A DNA stretch of 64,000 nt, taken from an uncultured Staphylococcaceae bacterium (GTDB lineage: Bacteria > Bacillota_I > Bacilli_A > RFN20 > CAG-826). A program made the translations under genes and the position numbers. The notes below the pieces were generated by a model. The model did not search any database. It was not told the origin of the DNA and worked only from the letters and a program-made list of their open reading frames with translations. The stretch is from NCBI GenBank assembly GCA_964410505.1, contig CAYPGR010000003.1, positions 31,809 through 95,808 of the forward strand. The letters are read 5' to 3'. The stretch's first letter is position 1. Each line of letters starts with the position of its first letter. Positions 20,014-29,357 of the stretch are shown here, piece after piece.

Positions 20014-21321
20014 GTGAAAGTGAGAATGAATATGAACCGAAAAAAGAATGTATCTTTGTTACTTTTAAGTGCTCTCCTTTTTAGTGGATGCACCCCTGAA
20101 GGCACTACGTCACTTCCAAGTAGCGAAGCACCGACAAGTCTTGAGACAACATCCGTGACAAGTGAAGGACCGCTTCTTTATCCGCTTGTCGAATTTAGAG
20201 CAATCTTGCCCTTTGAAAAACCTGAAGGCGCGACCATTCGTATTGTCGGAAACTTCACCGCTTGGGATCCCTTTAGTGGGATTGCCCTAAGTCATCTTAA
20301 GGACAATACGTACTATGTGATTCACCCCTTTGAAGAAAGTAGTGTTGGCTCTAAAATCTCTTATAAATTTGTTCTCATCTATGACGATCAACCACCCGGC
20401 ACCGGGTTTGATAACGAAGAAGTCGATAGTGCAGGACTAAGAATGAATAACCGTGAATTAACCCTGACAGCCGGCAAATCACGGATTGATGCCAAAATTG
20501 GAGGATTTAAAGGAATGGGAAAAGGAACGGTGACCCGCGGTGAACTTGTAAAAGTTGTCCTTGATATGCCACAATTCAGTGATGGCCGGAAGCGGACGAT
20601 TCGCATCTGGTTACCAGATGGCTATGAGGCCGCAGACAAAGCCACAAAATATCCGGTCTTATACATGCATGACGGGCAAAACCTATTTGATCAAAATACA
20701 AGTTTTGGTGAAGAATGGCAAATTGATGAAACGATTGGCACGATGATGGATAAAGGGTACGGTGGCACCATTGTGGTGGGGATTGATAATGGTCCTGAGC
20801 GGCTTAGTGAATACACACCAAGTGTCTTCCCGGTTCGGAAAGAAAATGAAGATTTAGGCATTACCGCAAAAGGTGATTTATACGCCGCCTTTGTCGTCAA
20901 CACCGTGAAGCCTTATATTGATCAAAACTTTAATACCTTAACGGCTAAAGAACATACCGGGATTGGCGGCTCAAGCATGGGCGGGATTATTTCCTTCTTT
21001 ATGGCCCTTGAGTATCAACATATTTTTGGTTATGGTCTGATCTTTAGTTCATCGTTCTGGGTCTATGAAGCAAATGCCCCCACAAACTTAATTAACGAAA
21101 AAATAACGGACCCACTCAACGCCCCAAAACTTTACTTATATCACGGCAATGGGGAAGGAAGTTATACATACCTTAACACCCTTGCAAATGCCCTCAGTGA
21201 TAAAGGCGTTGCAACGACGAAGTATACAACCTATCTAGGTCTAGGCCGTGATCACACCGAGCGGTCGTGGTCCTTAGAATTCCCGCGGGCATATCGCTGG
21301 CTAGTCGACTTTACGGGATAA
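20014..21321 (+). CDS. lipoprotein esterase (esterase_D / S-formylglutathione-hydrolase-like fold) with an N-terminal CBM20/48-like carbohydrate-binding module
   Basis: Lipobox LFSGC. RIVGNFTAWDP CBM-like motif. GGSSMGG nucleophile elbow. VLYMHDGQNLFD. Confidence 0.65.
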   Translation: MKVRMNMNRKKNVSLLLLSALLFSGCTPEGTTSLPSSEAPTSLETTSVTSEGPLLYPLVEFRAILPFEKPEGATIRIVGNFTAWDPFSGIALSHLKDNTYYVIHPFEESSVGSKISYKFVLIYDDQPPGTGFDNEEVDSAGLRMNNRELTLTAGKSRIDAKIGGFKGMGKGTVTRGELVKVVLDMPQFSDGRKRTIRIWLPDGYEAADKATKYPVLYMHDGQNLFDQNTSFGEEWQIDETIGTMMDKGYGGTIVVGIDNGPERLSEYTPSVFPVRKENEDLGITAKGDLYAAFVVNTVKPYIDQNFNTLTAKEHTGIGGSSMGGIISFFMALEYQHIFGYGLIFSSSFWVYEANAPTNLINEKITDPLNAPKLYLYHGNGEGSYTYLNTLANALSDKGVATTKYTTYLGLGRDHTERSWSLEFPRAYRWLVDFTG

Positions 21322-21345
21322 AGATTTAATCAGCTAAATGAAAAA

Positions 21346-21382
21346 GGTGCCTCTCATCACAGGGAGGCATCTTTATTTTTTT
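21346..21382 (+). terminator. rho-independent terminator after the esterase gene
   Basis: TGCCTC...GAGGCA hairpin followed by TTTATTTTTTT. Confidence 0.55.
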
Positions 21383-21389
21383 GTTTTAA

Positions 21390-22238
21390 TTATTCGTCTT
21401 TAATCAGGATGAGACTACCATTAAGATCATGGAACATCACATATTGGCCGTCACTTTGGAGTTTAACCCCGCTGGCGACGAGATGATTATAAAACTCAGT
21501 TTTGCGATCATTGGGGAGATGGAGATAATACCCAAATAATCCCGTAGCCTTTTTATTTTGGGGGAGGGGATCGTTACGCCACGTATTAAGACCAATGTGA
21601 TGGTGATAACCGCTGTCACTCGTAAAGATGGCTTGATCGCCATAGGCAAGCATCAACTTAAACCCAAGGGTATCGACGAAAAACTTCTTTGCTTTGGCGA
21701 TGGAGGGGACATGAAGATGAATATGCCCCATAATCGTATCAATAGGGATATCTTTAAAGCCATTTGGATCGCGCTCTTCTAATAGGCGATTGACGTCGAG
21801 GCGCCGGGTATCCATAAAGACCCCAGACCCCATCTTTTTCCATTCGGTATCAGGACGATCAACATAAATTTCAATGCCGTTTCCTTCGGGATCTTCAAGA
21901 TAGAGCGCTTCACTCACACTATGGTCACTCGCGCCAATAAATGTGTAGCCCCGTTCAACATAATGAAGTAAGAAAGTCGCAAGATCACGTCTCGTTGGTA
22001 ATAAAAGCGCAAAGTGGTATAACCCGACGGTACCATTCATAACCGTGGCTTCGGGATCGAGTAATAGACTCACAAGCACCCGACCCGTACTCGTGCCCAA
22101 GTGAAGATAGGCGTCATCTTCTTTAATGATGGTGAGACCAAGGGCATCGGTATAATATTTAAGCATAGCTTCTTTATCTTTGGTGCGTAAAATAACGCTT
22201 TCGACATACATGGTGTTTAAATTGTGATAGGGATACAT
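21390..22238 (-). CDS. VOC-family (glyoxalase / extradiol dioxygenase-like) two-domain protein
   Basis: Two tandem beta-alpha-beta-beta-beta modules. AGGAG RBS precedes MYPYHN. The track ORF extends upstream to 22283. Confidence 0.65.
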   Translation of the reverse strand: MYPYHNLNTMYVESVILRTKDKEAMLKYYTDALGLTIIKEDDAYLHLGTSTGRVLVSLLLDPEATVMNGTVGLYHFALLLPTRRDLATFLLHYVERGYTFIGASDHSVSEALYLEDPEGNGIEIYVDRPDTEWKKMGSGVFMDTRRLDVNRLLEERDPNGFKDIPIDTIMGHIHLHVPSIAKAKKFFVDTLGFKLMLAYGDQAIFTSDSGYHHHIGLNTWRNDPLPQNKKATGLFGYYLHLPNDRKTEFYNHLVASGVKLQSDGQYVMFHDLNGSLILIKDE

Positions 22239-22413
22239 ATTTTTTCTCCTTCTCTTTATGGGCCGTCCTATAAAGCACCCCAATTATAACAAAAGAAAAA
22301 TGAGACCATGTCCCTAATGCCTATGGTCTCACGTTTCTCTTCATCAAAATTGTTGGAATTGTATCGACTTATACGGCTAATACTTCAAGATAAGCCTGGA
22401 TGTTTCGAATGGG

Positions 22414-22776
22414 CTACTTAGCGTCTTCTTCGTTACTTAAAGCATCGAGTTCAGCCTTTGCCTTTGTAAAACAAGCACGGACTTTATCGTGATCACCATG
22501 AATAAAATAAAGATCACTTAGTAAATTTAAGATGTCATGATCTCCTTTTTCAAACGCGAGATCAAGATACTTCCGGGCCATATCATTATCACCTTGAGTG
22601 GCGATACGATGGGTTAAGAGATACGCATAGACGTACTGGGCCCGTGGTAATCCTTCATCGGCTTTCTTTTTGGAAAAGGCGACATCGTCAGTTGAGATTT
22701 GGCGCGACTCGAGTCGATATTGGATGCTAAGCAACCGCCTCAATTCGACTAATTTGACATTACTAGATAAACTCAT
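22414..22776 (-). CDS. small helical-repeat (TPR/Sel1-like) hypothetical protein
   Basis: ORF only. Helical repeat-like composition. Confidence 0.35.
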   Translation of the reverse strand: MSLSSNVKLVELRRLLSIQYRLESRQISTDDVAFSKKKADEGLPRAQYVYAYLLTHRIATQGDNDMARKYLDLAFEKGDHDILNLLSDLYFIHGDHDKVRACFTKAKAELDALSNEEDAK

Positions 22777-23021
22777 GTTCTTTCCCTCAGGTTACAAAAA
22801 TGGTGTAACTTTTCTTTCTTAATAATAGATACATTCTTTTTTTGCACTTTGTTACGAAATTATGCAATTTAACTAGTGATGGCGATGAACTCACATCTTT
22901 TGCTATTGCCCTATCTTAACATGTTAAACGGATATATCCAAGGGAAAGGGGAAAACATCCGTTGATATGAATATTTTTCAACATTTTGGTTACAAATGAA
23001 TATCAATAATTAAAATATATT

Positions 23022-23372
23022 TTACTTAAACAAATAGTCTAGATTTTTCCCTTTGACGAGATCATCGATTAATTTATCACTATAGCGGATCTTTTGCATA
23101 ATAGGATCGGTGATTGTATCAAGCTCAACACCGCAAATACTTCCTTTAATTCGTGAAGCATGGGGGTTAAAGTGACTCGCTTGATCATAAAAGTCATAAA
23201 CCGTTATGTCTTCTTTTAAAAGGGTATCAATCCTGACTGGGTCATAACCCGTTAACCATGAAAGGAGGCGATAGACATCTTGCGCTTGATAACCTTTCCG
23301 TTCTGCTTTCGCAATGTAAAGCAGGGCGATCTGGCTCATTTTCATGGTGTATATTTTGTGATTTTCTTTCAT
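23022..23372 (-). CDS. hypothetical protein (DUF)
   Basis: ORF with a tight 9-nt spacing to the upstream gene. Confidence 0.4.
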   Translation of the reverse strand: MKENHKIYTMKMSQIALLYIAKAERKGYQAQDVYRLLSWLTGYDPVRIDTLLKEDITVYDFYDQASHFNPHASRIKGSICGVELDTITDPIMQKIRYSDKLIDDLVKGKNLDYLFK

Positions 23373-23381
23373 TCTTGATTC

Positions 23382-23786
23382 CTATAATTTGGTGATAAAA
23401 GAAAGCGATAAGGTATCTTTAATCGCCGCTTCCGTTAATGCTTTTAAAACCTCGAGATCAATGTCTTCAAGGCGATTGATGTAAAGACATCCCTTGCCGT
23501 GTTTATATTTTCCTAACGTATGAAGATTCTCAAACTTAGTAATATCATTACTTAGATATAAAGTAAGACCCTGTTTCCTACTTGCAAGACCAATAAGGGG
23601 CATTTCACCCGAATGGCCACTTTCATAAACATAACGCAGCCGCCCAAACCCAATAATAGATCCCCATAGCTTTGGAGTCTCTTGAGTTAGTTTCGTAAAG
23701 AGGGCCACTAAATGAAAAATATCTTGACGCTTCTTCTCATCGATTGTTAAAAGAAAAGGACGAATATCGTGATTTGTAATTTCCAT
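23382..23786 (-). CDS. DUF1801 (YdhG-like) family protein, tentative
   Basis: Size and sequence pattern only. Confidence 0.35.
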   Translation of the reverse strand: MEITNHDIRPFLLTIDEKKRQDIFHLVALFTKLTQETPKLWGSIIGFGRLRYVYESGHSGEMPLIGLASRKQGLTLYLSNDITKFENLHTLGKYKHGKGCLYINRLEDIDLEVLKALTEAAIKDTLSLSFITKL

Positions 23787-23831
23787 AACTTTATTATATC
23801 GGGCGCAGTCCGTGAATAATCATGCCACGCA

Positions 23832-23858
23832 ATAAAAAAACCACCCGGTGTGGGTGGT
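23832..23858 (-). terminator. rho-independent terminator of the AIM24-family gene
   Basis: CCACCC-ggtgt-GGGTGG, then a T-run on the minus strand. Confidence 0.65.
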
Positions 23859-23874
23859 ATGCTACATGTTGCGC

Positions 23875-24588
23875 TTAGCTCTTATGCGGAATCCGTTTTA
23901 GTAATTCAAAAAATGGTGTTGATTGTAAATAGACTTTTCCTGGTCCAGTCACGACGGTATTAAAAAGACCTTCGCCACCAAAGAACATATTCTTGGCCCC
24001 TTTGATCATTTGAATATCCATTGTTACCGATGCGTCCATACCGGCAATATAACCCGTGGACACCACAAGCTTTTCGCCGGCTCGTAATTCTTTAACTGTT
24101 AATGAGCCATCAATTTCAATAAAAGCTTTTCCGTTTCCGGTTAGCTTTTGCATGATAAAACCTTCGCCACCAAAGAAGCCACTTCCAATCTTACGTTGAA
24201 AGTAGATCGACAGATCAACGCCCTTTTGGGCAGCGAGGAATGAACTTTTTTGGGCAATAAAGCCTTGAGTCGGGGTAATATCAATCGCCAGTATCGAACC
24301 AGGAAGGGCATTTGTAAGGGCAATCGTTCCGGCACCACCTTCTGGCGTAAATTCATTTAAGAAAAGTGATTCACCAGAGAAAAGACGGCCCATGACTTTT
24401 CCAAATCCGCCCCCTTTTGTGGTCATCACCATATTTGGGCTCATCCAGCTCATTGCCCCGGCTTCGGTAATCAGCGTTTCACCCCGATTAAGGGTAATCG
24501 TCAAGACTGGTAGTTGTCCGCCATCAATTATGTATTCCATATACTCTTGTTCCTCCTTTAGTATATTGATTGAGTTATTCTTAGGCAC
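23875..24588 (-). CDS. AIM24 / TIGR00266 (DUF124) family protein
   Basis: Characteristic Gly-rich beta-rich sequence: GGGFGKV...GSGFFGGEGFIMQKLTG...NMFFGGEGLF. Confidence 0.8.
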   Translation of the reverse strand: MPKNNSINILKEEQEYMEYIIDGGQLPVLTITLNRGETLITEAGAMSWMSPNMVMTTKGGGFGKVMGRLFSGESLFLNEFTPEGGAGTIALTNALPGSILAIDITPTQGFIAQKSSFLAAQKGVDLSIYFQRKIGSGFFGGEGFIMQKLTGNGKAFIEIDGSLTVKELRAGEKLVVSTGYIAGMDASVTMDIQMIKGAKNMFFGGEGLFNTVVTGPGKVYLQSTPFFELLKRIPHKS

Positions 24589-25759
24589 TAATCCAGAAGT
24601 CCGTGTTCATAAAACCAGTATCTGGATCAATCCGGTAAAGGGTCGATAGGGTCGTGTTACTCACATAGAGCCAGTGATTAATGACCTGCACATACATCGC
24701 ATTCGTATATAGTTCATGCAGGAGACTTAAGGTAGCGGTCATGACATGATAGCGATATAAATTTTGCCCTTTAATAAAGTATACATATTCGCCATCACTG
24801 TTCATACTATGAATATCATCACCCTTACTTATTTCGACTAATTGTTGGTCCCCATTGTTATATAGGTATAAGGCCGTTTCCGTTCCTTTTCGTAAGAGTA
24901 AAGCAAAGGTTAAAACACTTGGTGAATCATTACTCACAGCGTAGAGATGGACCGCTTTCATTTCATCATAGCCAAATGGGGCCGCAGAAAAATAAGTCAT
25001 ATTCGTTTTGCCCATAAATGAATCCGCCATCAAACTTAAGGTCGGACCATAGTTTTCAGTATAGATGACTTTGGTGTCCATGATATTGATGGTTGTGACA
25101 TCCCGCATAAACTTAGTCGTTGCTTCTTTTTTGTCATGGTTATAGGTACCGATACCTAATACTGGTTCTTCACTATAATAGATCTTCTTCATATTGAGGA
25201 ACACCGTCTTATAATAGCCATACACCGCACTGGTTTCATATTCATAAACAAGCGTTTTCTCTAACGTTGCAAGGTTGTAACGAAAAAGAAATTGATTCGT
25301 CGTCGTGACATAATATAAATCATTATCAAGTAGACAAAGATTCCTAATATAGCCGGTATCATCATTCGTAAATAAAAGCGTTGTCTGATCCGTTGATGGT
25401 TGATACACATAAACTGACCGCCCGACAGCGTAATAATGAACCTTTGCTTTATGGTTAAAAACTGCAAGGCCACGATTATTGGCGTTTCCATTTGTATTAC
25501 CGTAAGTCATGCTATTCGAGTGGAAAGCCTTCGTTTTATCTTTTAAGGTTACCACTTCACTCGTCGGGGTTGAAGTTTCAGTCGTAGTCTCACTCATCAC
25601 ACTCGTGGATGCACTTGTGTCATGGTTAGTGGTTGTTGGATAGGCGGATGTGGTTTCGCTGAGGGAGTCCTCATCGTGACTACTGGATGGATTATTCTTA
25701 CAACTTACGAGCACTAAAAGTATTAGTAGAACATAAGTTGTGAGACGAGCCGGTCTCAT
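24581..25759 (-). CDS. lipoprotein with an S/T-rich linker and a probable beta-propeller domain
   Basis: Lipobox LVSCKN. YVY and YY repeat blades. Confidence 0.45.
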   Translation of the reverse strand: MRPARLTTYVLLILLVLVSCKNNPSSSHDEDSLSETTSAYPTTTNHDTSASTSVMSETTTETSTPTSEVVTLKDKTKAFHSNSMTYGNTNGNANNRGLAVFNHKAKVHYYAVGRSVYVYQPSTDQTTLLFTNDDTGYIRNLCLLDNDLYYVTTTNQFLFRYNLATLEKTLVYEYETSAVYGYYKTVFLNMKKIYYSEEPVLGIGTYNHDKKEATTKFMRDVTTINIMDTKVIYTENYGPTLSLMADSFMGKTNMTYFSAAPFGYDEMKAVHLYAVSNDSPSVLTFALLLRKGTETALYLYNNGDQQLVEISKGDDIHSMNSDGEYVYFIKGQNLYRYHVMTATLSLLHELYTNAMYVQVINHWLYVSNTTLSTLYRIDPDTGFMNTDFWISA

Positions 25760-25957
25760 ATCCTATTCCCCCTTATATACTTAAATTATAGCACTCCAAA
25801 ATATATGGGTGTCGATCTATTAAACGGAGTTCGTAACAACATTACTCTCAAACCCTACTAAGACAAGTTTCTTTCCTCTAATGGTTAGAGATACTAAAAA
25901 GATAACATTACAAGTTCAAATAAAGCACTTGCTTACTATCCAGCCTGTAGAAGGCAC

Positions 25958-25978
25958 CTCGCTTCGGCGAGTTTTTTT
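25958..25978 (+). terminator. orphan plus-strand intrinsic terminator (UUCG tetraloop)
   Basis: CTCGC-ttcg-GCGAG followed by TTTTTTT. There is no plus-strand CDS upstream. Confidence 0.45.
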
Positions 25979-26093
25979 AACTTACTTTCATTATATCTTA
26001 GAGAGGTTTAAATAAATACATTAATTTAAAATGCATCTATTTTTGCCATATTAATCTTAAAGAATAATCAGATCATTTTTCGATAAGAGATCT

Positions 26094-27764
26094 TTATGCT
26101 TCACAAGTCGTACATACTTTTTCTTTATTGAATTGCTGAGCGGCGTTCGTACTATGTTGGTAATAGAGTGACTTCACACCATTCTCCCATGCAAAGATTA
26201 ATAGAGCATTCATTTCTTTAGCGGACATTTTCGGATTAATCATCAAGTTTAACGATTGGCTTTGATCAATAAATTGTTGTCTAATCGCGGCTTGTTGAAT
26301 CACACTATATTGATCAAGTTCACTAAAAGTTTTAAAGACTTCTTTTTCTAATTCACTTAAAAAATCAAGATGTTGAACCGAACCATCATGGTCACGAATA
26401 TCATTCCATGTATCACGGTCATTTTTCCCTTTTCGTTCAAGCACTTCTTCTAAGAAAGGGTTCCGGATTGTCACTTTAGTCTTCGCCACATCTTTCACAT
26501 AGATATTCGACCAGACTGGCTCGATACTTTGTGAGACTTGCCCAAGAATAAAGGCGGAGGAAGTGGTTGGGGCAACCGCCGTTAAAGTTGTATTTCTGCG
26601 GCCATATCCTTTTAAGATTTCCGGTTCACCAAATAGGGAAGCAAGCTTTTGGGAAGCTAGGTGTGCTTTGTTGTTAATTTCTTTAAAGATCCTAGCGTTT
26701 AGTTTAGAGGCTTCTAAACTTTCAAAGGGAATCATTTTGGATTGAAGATATGAGTGCCATCCAAGCACCCCGAGGCCTAATGCCCGGTTTGCGACCGCAA
26801 AGTCATAAGCCCGGCGCATAAAGGAAAATGCTAAATTCTTTTCTTTTTCTTTAGCGTCCCGTAATGCTTCAAGTTTATGAATAAAGTCTGTCATCACCGC
26901 ATCAAGGAAAAAGATCATCGTTTCAACCGCGTCAGTATCTTTCCATTCATCAAAGTATAAAAGATTCATCGATGATAAGTTACACACAAAAGACCACGCT
27001 TCGTGATTGGGTAAGGCAATCTCAGAACAAAGATTACTATGTGTAATTTTGAGTCCTTTATCTTTATAGACATCGACAGTCTCACGATTAACGGTGTCAG
27101 TGAAGAAAATATAGGGATAACCGATTTCTACCCGCCTTTGGATGAGTTTCGCCCAGGTGGCTCGTTTTTTCATGTCTCCGGCAATCATTTCACGCATCCA
27201 GTTATCAGAAACCGTCACCCCGTGCGTAATTTCTTGAATGGGATTCCCTTCGGTGCCAATTTGGAGGAACTCATCGATATCTTGATGGTCAATTGGTAAG
27301 TAAGGGGCGAAGCGACCGCGTCTCGTTGATCCTTGGGACACGACATCAATAATCGTTTCAAATAACTTCATAAAATGAACCGCCCCAGATGAGGTGCCGT
27401 TATTAGTGATGACACCACCGCGAGGACGAAGATCACCAAAGTAACCTGACGTGCCGCCACCAAATTTAGACATCATCCCGACTTCACTTTGGGTATAAAG
27501 AATCGAGCCCATATTGTCACTGATATGTGAACCAAAGCAACTGATGGGTAATCCCTTATTCGTGCCAAAGTTAGACCAGACCGGTGACGATAGTGAATAA
27601 TACCCTGCCTTCATGTATGAGATAAACTTATCTTTAAAACCACTGATCCCTAAAAGCTTTTCAGCATAAGTGGCAATATCTTCAATTCTTTGTTCAGGGG
27701 TCATTCCGGGCGCTAAGTAGCCCCGTGATAAAAACAACCGACTATTTTCATTTAACCAACGCAT
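26094..27764 (-). CDS. nrdA: class I ribonucleotide reductase catalytic (alpha) subunit, short form without an ATP-cone
   Basis: Thiyl-radical loop SNLCSEI (N-x-C-x-E). Second Cys motif VCNLSS. C-terminal Cys pair CTTCEA. Confidence 0.8.
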   Translation of the reverse strand: MRWLNENSRLFLSRGYLAPGMTPEQRIEDIATYAEKLLGISGFKDKFISYMKAGYYSLSSPVWSNFGTNKGLPISCFGSHISDNMGSILYTQSEVGMMSKFGGGTSGYFGDLRPRGGVITNNGTSSGAVHFMKLFETIIDVVSQGSTRRGRFAPYLPIDHQDIDEFLQIGTEGNPIQEITHGVTVSDNWMREMIAGDMKKRATWAKLIQRRVEIGYPYIFFTDTVNRETVDVYKDKGLKITHSNLCSEIALPNHEAWSFVCNLSSMNLLYFDEWKDTDAVETMIFFLDAVMTDFIHKLEALRDAKEKEKNLAFSFMRRAYDFAVANRALGLGVLGWHSYLQSKMIPFESLEASKLNARIFKEINNKAHLASQKLASLFGEPEILKGYGRRNTTLTAVAPTTSSAFILGQVSQSIEPVWSNIYVKDVAKTKVTIRNPFLEEVLERKGKNDRDTWNDIRDHDGSVQHLDFLSELEKEVFKTFSELDQYSVIQQAAIRQQFIDQSQSLNLMINPKMSAKEMNALLIFAWENGVKSLYYQHSTNAAQQFNKEKVCTTCEA

Positions 27765-27784
27765 GATTACTCATCCTCTTTTCT

Positions 27785-29053
27785 TTAAAATAAGTCGTCG
27801 CCGGTAATACTCCGGGTCCGCTTGCTGTAATTGATCGACCGTTTGACAAAGAAGTCGACATGTTTGGTGGCGACGACTTCGTCATCAAACCAGTCAGTGG
27901 CTTTAACTGCTTCCTCATCAACGGGGAAAAGCCGTTCATAACCAATACTCACTAATGAGTTATTTAGTCTATTCTTCACAAATTCTTTGACAACGCTTTT
28001 AGGCATAAAGTCAAGATCACCTTTTTCATAGATCCAGTCGATGACAACTTCTTCCGAGCGATACGCTTCTAAGCACGCTTTACGAACCGCTTCTTTCATG
28101 TCGTCATCAAACCATTCTGGATGTTCATTTCGAATAATGTTAATAAGATCAATCCCAAAAAGACCGTGGATTTGTTCTTCTTTTGACGTCGCTTCAATCG
28201 CGTTTGACATCCCTTTAAAGAGGTTTTTAAATTTGTTAAACGCCATGATAATTAAAAACTGGGAAAATAATGAGACATGTTCGATAAAAAGGGAGAATAA
28301 CAGCACCGAAAGTGTAAAATCACGTTCACTGCTTGATTTTGCTAGATGGGTGGACTTCGTTAAGTAATCGACCCGCTGCATTAGTTCGGGAATATCTTTA
28401 AGTTTTAAAAATTCATCATTGAGACCGAGAATTTCTAAAAGGTGGGAATAGGCATCATGATGACGGACTTCACTTTCCGCGAAAGTGTAACCAACCGAAC
28501 CAATTTCTGGTTTTGGCATCTTGTGATAGAGGTCACCCCAGAATGTTTTAACTGCAACTTCCACTTGGGCAATCGCAAGCATCGCATTTTTTATAACACT
28601 TCGTTCGCCTTCGCTGACATTAACCATAAAATCTTGAATATCTGATGTATAGTTAAATTCCGTATGGAGCCAATAAGAATGTTGAATGGATTCTTTATAT
28701 TTAGCAAGTTCAGGATATTCATAAGGTTTTAGATTTAAACGAAATTTAAAAATATCGGGACGCCGGGCTTGGTTTCTTTTTTCGCGGTAGATAATAAACG
28801 CCTTGGCAGTCTTTTTATATGTTGATTCAAGTAGGACTGTTTCTACATAATCTTGAACCTTTTCAACCGTTAAAGTTTCGTAATCATTATTCGTCACGAT
28901 TAAATCTAATACGCGGGCAGTTAAGAGTTCGGTTTCTTCTAACGAAAACTCTCCTGTCGCCATTCGCGCTTTATTGAGGGCAGTAAATATCTTATGAGAA
29001 CGGAAAGGTTCAGTGGATCCATTGCGTTTCACAATGAGGGTTGGTAGTTTCAT
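27785..29053 (-). CDS. nrdB: ribonucleotide reductase radical-generating (beta) subunit with an N-terminal ATP-cone domain
   Basis: N-terminal VKRNGSTEPFRSHKI ATP-cone of about 90 aa. Ferritin-like ExxH metal ligands (ESEVRHH, EEQIHG). Confidence 0.75.
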   Translation of the reverse strand: MKLPTLIVKRNGSTEPFRSHKIFTALNKARMATGEFSLEETELLTARVLDLIVTNNDYETLTVEKVQDYVETVLLESTYKKTAKAFIIYREKRNQARRPDIFKFRLNLKPYEYPELAKYKESIQHSYWLHTEFNYTSDIQDFMVNVSEGERSVIKNAMLAIAQVEVAVKTFWGDLYHKMPKPEIGSVGYTFAESEVRHHDAYSHLLEILGLNDEFLKLKDIPELMQRVDYLTKSTHLAKSSSERDFTLSVLLFSLFIEHVSLFSQFLIIMAFNKFKNLFKGMSNAIEATSKEEQIHGLFGIDLINIIRNEHPEWFDDDMKEAVRKACLEAYRSEEVVIDWIYEKGDLDFMPKSVVKEFVKNRLNNSLVSIGYERLFPVDEEAVKATDWFDDEVVATKHVDFFVKRSINYSKRTRSITGDDLF

Positions 29054-29357
29054 TGATATCTCCTTTTGACACTTTTATTTTTCAATAATAACACGGGTCA
29101 AATAGGGGATGTCAACTCTTAGAGCTTATAAAAAAAAGATAAATATTATCGGTCGAATTGGTAGTTTTTTAGGGCAAAAAAAGGCTGGTTTAGAGACCCC
29201 GTATCACATTACTAAATTGGTACTAATGATATAGCGGCCACTAGCCTTCAATTAAAAGACATATGAAACTCGTTAGAAATTATGGCTTCAAGATTTAAGT
29301 CTATAGCCGAAAAAGTAAATGTGTTGTTTTCTTATTCTATTTTTTCTAAACAAAGGA

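Noticed and set aside
29054-29357. Possible sigma-A promoter (TTGACA...TATTAT) and an NrdR box upstream of nrdB
   Set aside because: -35/-10-like hexamers exist on the minus strand near 29085–29116, but the spacing is ambiguous at 17–19 nt. I could not identify a convincing NrdR-box palindrome. Left unannotated.
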